Shown piece by piece: positions 15,778 through 23,871 of a DNA stretch of 42,413 nucleotides. This DNA comes from an uncultured Candidatus Saccharibacteria bacterium (GTDB taxonomy: Bacteria > Patescibacteriota > Dojkabacteria > SC72). Location of the stretch: NCBI GenBank assembly GCA_964556955.1, contig CAZKXP010000001.1, forward strand, positions 1 to 42,413, written 5' to 3'. The notes beneath the pieces are model-generated. The model saw nothing but the letters and a program-made list of their open reading frames with translations, was not told where the DNA came from and did no database searches. The first letter of the stretch is position 1, and every line of letters begins with the position of its first letter. A program made the translations under genes and the position numbers.

Positions 15778-18468
15778 ATGGCAGGTGGAAAGAAATCACA
15801 AAATGAGGATGAAGTTTTAGGTCAAATATTTGATTTCATATTCAAGGAAGCAAGGAAAAGACCAGATAAAAGGAAACCTGTTAAATCTACAGGGGTATCT
15901 ACTTCTGGAGCATTGGCAGATGGTATTGCTGCTGCTCTTGAAAAGCCAGGACTTTTTGTTACAGATCAATCTCTTCAAGTTCTTAATGATGCTTTGACTG
16001 TTGAGTTTGCAAGAATAAATGCGGATGAAACAGGTGATATAAAGGCGAAGTTCACAACTACCAGTTTGATAGATTTTTTAAAAGATCCAGATGCATTTTT
16101 GAGTAAACCCAAAGCTGCATCCAGAAAAGCAATTCGGGACTATATGAAGGCAGGATTCTTAGGAAGAGTACATCAACAATTGCAAGCCAATGCATGGGCT
16201 CAAAGGTATAATCTCGATCTTGATGCAAAGAAGGCGATCCGAGGTAACTTTATGGCGAGGGAGATAGAGGAAAAGGAGGCTGCAAGAGCATTCTCCACTT
16301 ATGCGGGGATGCAAATTAGTACTGCAGATTTAAACTCTAGAAAAAATTATATTATTAGTAGAAGCTGTGATCTTGTGGGAAGAGAAATATTGGGAAGGAA
16401 TGGCTGGGAGAACATGAGCGAAAATAAGAAATTAGATTTCCAAAAATATTTGATAAGAGGCAAAGTAAAGGAATATTTCAGAGATACATACAATATTGAT
16501 GTAGAAAAAAAGCTTGAAGATCGTGATCCTCGTGATAGATTCGCGTACAAAGCTTGGGATAGATATGCATCACTCATGAATACTCCCATTGAAAAGAAAA
16601 AGAACACTCCTGCAAAGAGTACGATAGGGAAGAGTGGTTTGTGGGATGTCTCGTCGTATCAGACATTAGAGATGCGAAATATTAATAGCCGTATTGAAGA
16701 AATGCAAATATACCTTCGTGCTCATCCGAACCTTAGTCCAGACGAGAGAGCGAATATAGAACTTGGTATTGAGCAACTAGGGCAGACGGGAGTTTTATTA
16801 TCAGGGAACTTAGCTGGTGAGAATCAAGATATTTTCAGGGCGAAAAAAGCGATTTATGAAAAAATAAATATGTATAAAGGAGAATTGAATGCTGCAAGGA
16901 AAGTAGGAGACAAAGAGAAAGAAAAAGCAATTAGATATAAGATAAATGAGCTTAAAAAGGGAGATAGAGAACTCAACACAATGCGTTTTTGGGGTGCAAT
17001 TGGTAGGATAGATGGGACCTTAGCATCTCTCAAGGCAACTTTTGGCGAAAATGGAGAAAATGTAATAACAAGCGTTCTAGATGGCTCTTTTTATGATGCT
17101 AACACGAACTCTTTTGCTTTACCATCTGATTTAACAGATTTTGAATTTGCAAAAAAATCGAAAGTTAAGATACTTACTGCAAAATTGAAAGACGATAACG
17201 GAGAGGAAATAAAAGGCTTAAACAGATTATACAACTCAATGATGACAAATATATATTACCTAACTCCAAAGTCAATTATGAAAACGCTTTTCGTAAATGG
17301 AGAAGGCTTTATGTATTTAGCATACAAAAAAGCAGGGAAAAGTATGAATGATTTGGAAAAACTAGGTTTAGATTGGGGGCTATTGGCGAAAGGTGACAAA
17401 GCCCATCTCGCCTTCCTTAATACTAAAGGCTTTTCAGAATCACAACTAAAGGGGATGGTATCTTTTACAAAATTAGGAAATATCTTCTCTTTTGCGCAAA
17501 GGCAGAGAGATAAAGTAAAGGCTTGGATGGATGAGCATGTATTTAAGAAGCTTAGGCAGAAGCTTTATGATAGTTTAGTGAAGCGAATTGTTAATAAGGA
17601 GGCGTTAGCCTTGCTAGAGCAGTGGTTGCTAAAGGGAGGTTTCCAAGTATTAGCGAAATCTCTTGTAACGAGTCTCCTTACAGCTCTCGGTATAGGTGTC
17701 ACAGGTGGCTTAGGTTATTTCATTGCACCAATATTAAGTGCTCTTGTAACAGATATCCTCTATGATACTGCTAAATTTCTAATCCAGTTTGTTATGATCA
17801 TCTCCGTTGGCATTGTTGGTTTGATGATCTTCCTATCAAGCTCCTCCCAAAAAAGATTCGATTCCCAAGCCTATGCATATACATACTATGTCCCTGGAGA
17901 AGTGGAATATAATCCAAACTTTGTAGGTATATCTCCCATAATCGGAGAAGACGATGATCATAACATTGGAGATTTTGTAGCAGGTTCTTTACCAGATGGT
18001 GAGAAATGTTTACTCGGAGCAGGATCATTTAACTGTACACAAGGACCATATGGAAGCTACTCTCACGATAATGTTGCAGCAGTAGATATCACAGGTACGG
18101 ATTCCTTCTATGCACCAACTTTTTGTGGTAATGATAACTGTGTAGTAACATACTCTGGAAGTGCACATTGTACCAATGGCTATGCTGGAGGAATGGTAAA
18201 ATTCAAAGCAACATATGGTGGTAGTACATATGAATTTACATTAATACATGTCAGTACCACCTATGGAGTAGGGACTAAACTCTCTGCTGGTCAAAAAGTT
18301 GCAAGAGTAATGACAATACAAGAAACTACACACGCATGTTCATCTGGAGAACACCTCCACCTACAAACAAAATTAAACGGCTCTGTTGTTGATCCTCAGG
18401 ATGTATTGAAAAATAGTACCTCTAGTGGAGGTTTTGGTTGTAACCTCGGAGCATGCCCAGCTAAATAA
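15778..18468 (+). CDS. 896-aa protein: about 620-aa Lys-rich helical N-terminal region without signal peptide, TM cluster, C-terminal M23/LytM-like peptidase domain
   Basis: Hydrophobic cluster about residues 620-688 (SLVTSLLTALGIGVTGGLGYFIAPILSALV, FLIQFVMIISVGIVGLMIFLSS). C-terminus LSAGQKVARV...SSGEHLHLQTKLNGSVVDPQDVL matches the M23 HxH block (HLH = nt 18352..18360). The upstream SHDNVAAVD is only an approximate HxxxD. Confidence 0.8.
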   Translation: MAGGKKSQNEDEVLGQIFDFIFKEARKRPDKRKPVKSTGVSTSGALADGIAAALEKPGLFVTDQSLQVLNDALTVEFARINADETGDIKAKFTTTSLIDFLKDPDAFLSKPKAASRKAIRDYMKAGFLGRVHQQLQANAWAQRYNLDLDAKKAIRGNFMAREIEEKEAARAFSTYAGMQISTADLNSRKNYIISRSCDLVGREILGRNGWENMSENKKLDFQKYLIRGKVKEYFRDTYNIDVEKKLEDRDPRDRFAYKAWDRYASLMNTPIEKKKNTPAKSTIGKSGLWDVSSYQTLEMRNINSRIEEMQIYLRAHPNLSPDERANIELGIEQLGQTGVLLSGNLAGENQDIFRAKKAIYEKINMYKGELNAARKVGDKEKEKAIRYKINELKKGDRELNTMRFWGAIGRIDGTLASLKATFGENGENVITSVLDGSFYDANTNSFALPSDLTDFEFAKKSKVKILTAKLKDDNGEEIKGLNRLYNSMMTNIYYLTPKSIMKTLFVNGEGFMYLAYKKAGKSMNDLEKLGLDWGLLAKGDKAHLAFLNTKGFSESQLKGMVSFTKLGNIFSFAQRQRDKVKAWMDEHVFKKLRQKLYDSLVKRIVNKEALALLEQWLLKGGFQVLAKSLVTSLLTALGIGVTGGLGYFIAPILSALVTDILYDTAKFLIQFVMIISVGIVGLMIFLSSSSQKRFDSQAYAYTYYVPGEVEYNPNFVGISPIIGEDDDHNIGDFVAGSLPDGEKCLLGAGSFNCTQGPYGSYSHDNVAAVDITGTDSFYAPTFCGNDNCVVTYSGSAHCTNGYAGGMVKFKATYGGSTYEFTLIHVSTTYGVGTKLSAGQKVARVMTIQETTHACSSGEHLHLQTKLNGSVVDPQDVLKNSTSSGGFGCNLGACPAK

Positions 18469-18488
18469 TTTATACAAAATGATTATCT

Positions 18489-19460
18489 ATGGAAAAAAAG
18501 AAAATACTGTTGGTAGGGATAATCATAATAGTAGCAATAGTAACAGCTGTAGCTATATATTTCATAATTAAAAATCAAAACAAAGATACCTCAACAAATA
18601 CAGTACAACAAGAATCCCTAAGTTTTTCAAATCAAAAGATCGAATTAGGTGATGTGAATGTAAAAGAAAAAGAAGCCTTGATATACACAATCTCTTCTTC
18701 TGTCTCTTTGTCAAAAGTAGAAAGTTTTGTAAAAAACACAGATCCTGAAATGAAGATTGGGACCCAAGAAGAAGGAAACTACTACAGATGGAAAAACGGC
18801 GAAGATTCAGTAATTTACACATTAGATCAAAACTACTTAATATTTAACTTTACCGAAGGCATACCTTGGAATGAAAGCTCGTTGACAGCATACTCTTTTA
18901 CGCAGTTCGTAGAAAAATACTTTGAAAAGCAATGGACATACACGCTTACACATAGCCAGAAGGGTGACTCTGGGGAGACAATATACTATGCCACTAGGAA
19001 AATTGGCGATGTAAATATGGAAACGGTCTTCGATAGGCAACAGACAGATTATCTTGCGATGAAGAATGGTGAAGTAATATATGGGAAGATATTGCTTGTT
19101 GATATACTTGACGATCCCAAAGTGCTACCTTTAATATCAACAAGTTTACTTGAAGATTACATCAACCTTTCTACATACCCCAAAGAAATATATCCCATAT
19201 ATGGCTCTACCCAAAGTACAATCCTCTCGGAGATAGATTACAAAAGTGAAGAATTTGAAGATATTGCAAATACTCTTTCAAACTGCAAAAGCAACTCTGC
19301 AAGCCTAGCCTATCTCTACAAGCGTATGGACCAGGGAGATCTAACCCCTGTGTATAAACTAGATCTAACATGCGAGATTACCTATCAAAAAACACAATAT
19401 GATATCCCTGCCATAGGGTATATTAATGCGATAGATCCTGAATATATATCCACGGAGTAA
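18489..19460 (+). CDS. Membrane-anchored extracytoplasmic protein; function unknown
   Basis: 323 aa. N-terminal anchor ILLVGIIIIVAIVTAVAIYFII. No recognisable motif. Confidence 0.8.
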   Translation: MEKKKILLVGIIIIVAIVTAVAIYFIIKNQNKDTSTNTVQQESLSFSNQKIELGDVNVKEKEALIYTISSSVSLSKVESFVKNTDPEMKIGTQEEGNYYRWKNGEDSVIYTLDQNYLIFNFTEGIPWNESSLTAYSFTQFVEKYFEKQWTYTLTHSQKGDSGETIYYATRKIGDVNMETVFDRQQTDYLAMKNGEVIYGKILLVDILDDPKVLPLISTSLLEDYINLSTYPKEIYPIYGSTQSTILSEIDYKSEEFEDIANTLSNCKSNSASLAYLYKRMDQGDLTPVYKLDLTCEITYQKTQYDIPAIGYINAIDPEYISTE

Positions 19461-19483
19461 ATATCTGTGCTACAATCATTTGT

Positions 19484-20656
19484 ATGAAAACAGCCCTCAA
19501 ATTAATAGTATTTGCATTAATATGTTTCTTCCCTTACGAGGTATTTGCATACACCATAAATACAATATCAGACCAGAATTTTGACACATCAATCTCTGAT
19601 CAAACCAACGTAGAATACAAGACACCCAATGTAATATACATATCCCAGATAACCACTAGCTCTCCACAACTATCGGACAATCCATCTCTTTGGGTCAAGA
19701 CTCTCTACTACTACAGCATTACTAGATTACATTTTGCAGATATCCCATTCAACTTCCTTGTAGATAGTAGTGGGAAAATATATGAAGGTAAAAGTGGAGG
19801 CATAGGGGCGAACCCAGAAATAGAAAATGACACAGGAAGTATATTAATTGGATATCTCTCTAACAATCCAATACTCTCCAATAGAGCATCATCAACAATA
19901 TACGAATTAGTAGATACCATCTCTTCGCAATACGGTATACAAAGTATCCAAGCAAAAAGCCTTAAAATATCCTCACCAGAAGGACAACTTGCAAAATTCC
20001 AGGTATCTGATGCCGCAGGAGATTTTAACCAATCAGTATCGGAAATATTCCAAGATTGGCAAGGATATACGACAAGTAATCTCTCCTACAAAGCCAAAAT
20101 CGAGGATGTTGCCTACGAACCAGAAGTAAGTATCGGCTCACGATTACACATCTCTGTAAAAGTAACAAACATGAATGATTTTGCATGGCTAACTGATGTA
20201 CATCCAATATATATATCTACAGCAGATGGTAATGATTCAGGTTTTGCAATCAATGGAGTATGGGATAGTTTTAGCAAACCAACCCATATTGAAAACAAGG
20301 CTGTAAAACCAGGAGAGAGTGTAACATTAGAATTTGATCTCTTCGCGAGGACTACCCCTGGAGAAGCAGCGCAGAGTTTTGTTCTTGCTAGAAACAATGA
20401 AACCATATTTGCTGATTCTTCCTTCGAATTAAAATTTAATATTGTTAAGGGCGACAAAACATTGGTACAGGTAGCCTCATCTGAATATGGTTTTGCAAAT
20501 ATTAGAAATTGCCAATGGTATAGTTGTAAAATATTAGATAGCGTAGATAACGGAACAGTATTCATATTGTTAAGTGAAGAGAATGGATGGATGCAGATAC
20601 AGTACAGCGAAGATACTGTCGGATGGGTATTCTCTAGGTATATGAAGAAGATATAA
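19484..20656 (+). CDS. Secreted cell-wall-binding protein: amidase_2/PGRP-like (apparently degenerate) + Ig-like + SH3b
   Basis: 390 aa. Signal peptide MKTALKLIVFALICFFPYEVFAYT. DIPFNFLVDSSGKIYEGKSGG...GSILIGYLSNN resembles the amidase_2 core, but no His/Cys zinc-ligand motifs are seen. C-terminal GFANIRN..VDNGTVFILLSEENGWMQIQYSEDTVGWVFSRYM is SH3b-like. Confidence 0.75.
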   Translation: MKTALKLIVFALICFFPYEVFAYTINTISDQNFDTSISDQTNVEYKTPNVIYISQITTSSPQLSDNPSLWVKTLYYYSITRLHFADIPFNFLVDSSGKIYEGKSGGIGANPEIENDTGSILIGYLSNNPILSNRASSTIYELVDTISSQYGIQSIQAKSLKISSPEGQLAKFQVSDAAGDFNQSVSEIFQDWQGYTTSNLSYKAKIEDVAYEPEVSIGSRLHISVKVTNMNDFAWLTDVHPIYISTADGNDSGFAINGVWDSFSKPTHIENKAVKPGESVTLEFDLFARTTPGEAAQSFVLARNNETIFADSSFELKFNIVKGDKTLVQVASSEYGFANIRNCQWYSCKILDSVDNGTVFILLSEENGWMQIQYSEDTVGWVFSRYMKKI

Positions 20657-20673
20657 TCCAAAATTACCGCGCA

Positions 20674-22680
20674 ATGACAAAAGATCTAATTCTTGGGGGA
20701 TTAAACCCAGAACAAAAAAAAGCCGTAGAATGCACAGAAGGACCCCTTCTAGTTTTTGCAGGAGCAGGCTCAGGCAAGACAAGGGTCATAACAAATCGAA
20801 TAGCATACTTAATCAGTAAGAAAGAAATTCTTCCTGACAATATCATGGCGGTAACATTTACCAAAAAAGCCGCAGGAGAGATGCAAGAAAGAATAAAAAC
20901 ACTCTTAGGAGAATTGGGTCTCAATATAGCAGAACTTCCAACTGTTGGAACATTCCACTCGATAGGGGCACTCTTTCTTAGACAAAATGCAAAAGCACTT
21001 GGGTACACAAACAATTTCTCAATATATGATTCTGACGATAGTGAAAACCTCATAAAAGAGCTAATGCTTGAAAGACAGATAGATATTAAGCAGATAAAGC
21101 CACAGGCAGTATCATATTTCATAGGTTCTGCAAAAAACGAAATGATATCTCCAGAGAATTTCCCTCAACACTATGGTGGATATATCGAGGACATTGTAGC
21201 TGATATATATCCTGAATATCAAAAACAATTAAAAGTCCAAAACTCCATGGATTTTGGAGACCTCTTGTATCTAGCAGTAAAAATGTTGGAAGAGAATGAA
21301 GATATTAGGAAAAGATACCAAGAAAGATACAGATACCTATTAATCGATGAATACCAAGATACCAATAACGCACAATACAAATTTGCGAAATTACTCTCTG
21401 AAAAACATCAAAACATCTGTGTAGTGGGAGATGATGATCAAGGAATATATGCATGGAGAGGAGCGGATATAAAAAATATTCAGTCATTTGAAGACGATTT
21501 TAAAAATGTAACAGTCATAAAACTAGAACAAAACTATCGTTCTACAAAAAATGTAATATCTGCTGCTGTTTCTGTAATTCAACAAAACAATCAAAGAGTA
21601 CAAAAGAAACTCTGGACAGATAATTCTGATGGTGAAAATATAACAGTATATCAGGCAAGAGACCAAGAAGATGAAGCTGACTACGTGGTTAGTAAGGTAC
21701 AACATCTTAAAGATATGAGAATACCATTATCAAACATAGCTATACTGTACAGAACCAACTATCAATCTCGTGCGATTGAAGAAGCCTTACTAAAAGAAGG
21801 AGTACCATACCGATTGGTCGGAGGTTTTAGATTCTACGAAAGAAAAGAGATTAAAGATATCATAAGCTATCTTCGCTTCATATATAATCTCAAGGATGAG
21901 CTAAGTATTGATAGAGTTCTTAATGTCCCAGCAAGGAAAGTAGGACCCAAAACAGTTGCACTTTTGCATGAGTTAGCCAAAAGTACAGATTCTACTGTCG
22001 GAGAATTTTTGGTTTCTGCATATCTTTCTCAACATCCAGAAACAGAGAGACCTGAAAGTATTAGGTCCTCAATCTTAGAGAAAGTAGCTACCAAAAAAGA
22101 TGAGTATGGCAAATTCCTCAACCTCATATCTACCTTTGGATATATATACACACAAGCACAAGGGAAAAACATTCTCGATATCATAGATATGATACTTGAG
22201 AAGACTAGCTATATTAGAATGTTTGATGATGGATCTGATCAATCAGAGATGAAGAAGGAGAATATTACAGAATTAAAAAATGTAGCATATACATATGTCC
22301 AAAAAAGTCCAGAAAATAGCCTTGAAACATTTTTAAATGAGATAAACCTAATAGAGCAAGAACAAGACAAGAATCAGGATGGAAGCGGTATGTATGTAAA
22401 TTTGATGACGCTACATTCCTCTAAGGGACTGGAATTTGATTATGTCTTTATGATTGGTGTTGAGGAGGGACTCCTGCCACACTCACGTGCTTTTGTTGAT
22501 GAAAAGGAGTTGGAGGAGGAAAGGCGGCTCTGCTATGTGGGTATTACTAGGGCTAAGCAGAAATTGACTCTCACTTTTGCTGAGAAAAGGATGACAAGGG
22601 AAGGATTTAGTTCTCAAATACCCTCGAGATTTTTAGGAGAGATTCCACAAGAGATCTGTGAATATTTTAGCGGAGTGTAG
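20674..22680 (+). CDS. UvrD/PcrA-type ATP-dependent DNA helicase
   Basis: 668 aa. SF1 motifs AGAGSGKTRV, LIDEYQDTN, VVGDDDQGIYAWRGA, EQNYRS, TLHSSKGLEFD, CYVGITRAK. Starts 17 nt after the preceding ORF. Confidence 0.92.
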   Translation: MTKDLILGGLNPEQKKAVECTEGPLLVFAGAGSGKTRVITNRIAYLISKKEILPDNIMAVTFTKKAAGEMQERIKTLLGELGLNIAELPTVGTFHSIGALFLRQNAKALGYTNNFSIYDSDDSENLIKELMLERQIDIKQIKPQAVSYFIGSAKNEMISPENFPQHYGGYIEDIVADIYPEYQKQLKVQNSMDFGDLLYLAVKMLEENEDIRKRYQERYRYLLIDEYQDTNNAQYKFAKLLSEKHQNICVVGDDDQGIYAWRGADIKNIQSFEDDFKNVTVIKLEQNYRSTKNVISAAVSVIQQNNQRVQKKLWTDNSDGENITVYQARDQEDEADYVVSKVQHLKDMRIPLSNIAILYRTNYQSRAIEEALLKEGVPYRLVGGFRFYERKEIKDIISYLRFIYNLKDELSIDRVLNVPARKVGPKTVALLHELAKSTDSTVGEFLVSAYLSQHPETERPESIRSSILEKVATKKDEYGKFLNLISTFGYIYTQAQGKNILDIIDMILEKTSYIRMFDDGSDQSEMKKENITELKNVAYTYVQKSPENSLETFLNEINLIEQEQDKNQDGSGMYVNLMTLHSSKGLEFDYVFMIGVEEGLLPHSRAFVDEKELEEERRLCYVGITRAKQKLTLTFAEKRMTREGFSSQIPSRFLGEIPQEICEYFSGV

Positions 22681-22683
22681 CTT

Positions 22684-23643
22684 CTAGTTGGTATTGGATG
22701 ATAGCCAGCTCAGTTCTCCATATGTCTCAACGTATCTCTTGTATGCCGCAGGCCACATATATTTGGGATTAGCCCCTGCTCTTAATTTTTGTAAAGTCCT
22801 TTTAATTTGAAGCTTGCCATCAAAAATATTGTCACTTGGAAATTGCTTGTACCATTGGCATGGAGACCATTGGAATAGTCCTTTGTAAAAAGAGTGTTTA
22901 TCACTTTCTGCATTACATCCTGATTCTAAGCGCATAGTAAATTTTAACCATTGTTTTTCTTCGTCTGTAGCAGAGACATCACTGTCAATATATGCCTCCC
23001 AGTACCCACAATTGTATCCAATTTGTTCTACAGAATCAGGAGAATCATTAGGGCCTGATAACAGGAGAATTTCTTTTCGTGGGGAAGAAATAATCTCCTC
23101 ATCGATGAGCTTTGTAGAAACTAGGCTGTTTCCCACATATACCTTTTCAATTGTTTGTGTTGCTACACCAAGCACTCCTTTTTGTAAGGTAATCTTTGTC
23201 CCTAGACTTTCACAAAGGGACCCACCTTCTACAATCTTTTCGTATGGTATTGAGATATTAATATTTTCTAGAACTGTTCGGTATGTGTTTAGGACAATAA
23301 TGGAATCATCTAACAAAGTATCTGCGGGAGAGTTTGTGTCAATTCTTTTCTCCTCGTCTAGTGCATAACCATTGGACAGAAGAGCTTCTTCAGGATTCTT
23401 AGCTCTGGTTATGAAATGCTCAACATCACCATCATTATTTACAGTTATGAATTTGATATCAAGCAATTTCTTCTCCTCTGTTATATCAATACCAAAGACC
23501 TTTTGGGTCCAGGTGTCATCTAAGACATCGGTGATGGGAGATAGGTATTGCCTATCTAAAAAATTCATCAAAAGAAAGACCAGAATTCCAACTACAAGAC
23601 CAGATATTTTAGCTTTGTTCATATGTAATCCATATTTTACCAT
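22684..23643 (-). CDS. Membrane-anchored DUF348-like + G5 + SLT-type lytic transglycosylase
   Basis: 319 aa. Anchor ISGLVVGILVFLLMNFL. G5-like ITLQKGVLGVATQTIEKVYVGNSLVSTKLIDEEIISSPRKEILLLSG. SLT motifs MRLESGCNAES (catalytic E-S) and YKGLFQW. Confidence 0.75.
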   Translation of the reverse strand: MVKYGLHMNKAKISGLVVGILVFLLMNFLDRQYLSPITDVLDDTWTQKVFGIDITEEKKLLDIKFITVNNDGDVEHFITRAKNPEEALLSNGYALDEEKRIDTNSPADTLLDDSIIVLNTYRTVLENINISIPYEKIVEGGSLCESLGTKITLQKGVLGVATQTIEKVYVGNSLVSTKLIDEEIISSPRKEILLLSGPNDSPDSVEQIGYNCGYWEAYIDSDVSATDEEKQWLKFTMRLESGCNAESDKHSFYKGLFQWSPCQWYKQFPSDNIFDGKLQIKRTLQKLRAGANPKYMWPAAYKRYVETYGELSWLSSNTN

Positions 23644-23650
23644 ACATAAA

Positions 23651-23866
23651 GCCTGGCTATGGCTTGGCCTTGTGTCACAGGTTGTTCATAACTATAAATC
23701 TTCGTGTCATTTACTACCTCTCTGCGTATCGGATATTTAATAGTTTGTTCATTCGCGACAACCAGTAGGTTGGTCTAGTAGAAAACAACGGTAGTACAAG
23801 CGAGAAGGTACATTAACTAGTTCTGAACCCAAGCCTGGCTATGGCCAGGCCTGGTATGGTATATTC
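23651..23866. repeat. Copy B of the 202-bp hairpin-bounded intergenic repeat
   Basis: GCCTGGCTATGGCTTGGC (23651..23668, imperfect hairpin) and AAGCCTGGCTATGGCCAGGCCT (23831..23852, 7-bp stem GCCTGGC/GCCAGGC). Same orientation and same 202-bp length as 7681..7882. Fills the divergent spacer between 23643 and 23872. Confidence 0.75.
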
Positions 23867-23871
23867 AAAAT

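Noticed and set aside
7945-20656. Calling the operon a type IV secretion/conjugation system
   Set aside because: There is no VirB4/VirD4/relaxase or any P-loop protein in the cluster or its flanks. The VirB6-like and VirB8-like assignments rest on topology only. Kept only as a hypothesis to test.
7945-20656. Calling the operon a prophage tail/lysis module (tape-measure-like 896-aa protein, endolysin-like amidase-SH3b, small TM holin-like protein)
   Set aside because: There are no capsid, portal, terminase, integrase or repressor genes. Nearly all the proteins carry N-terminal membrane anchors, which is atypical for virion proteins.
7681-23866. Treating the repeat-bracketed 15.8-kb block as a confirmed genomic island
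   Set aside because: There is no integrase, tRNA target or identical att-like repeat, and no obvious compositional shift. It is reported only as a hypothesis.
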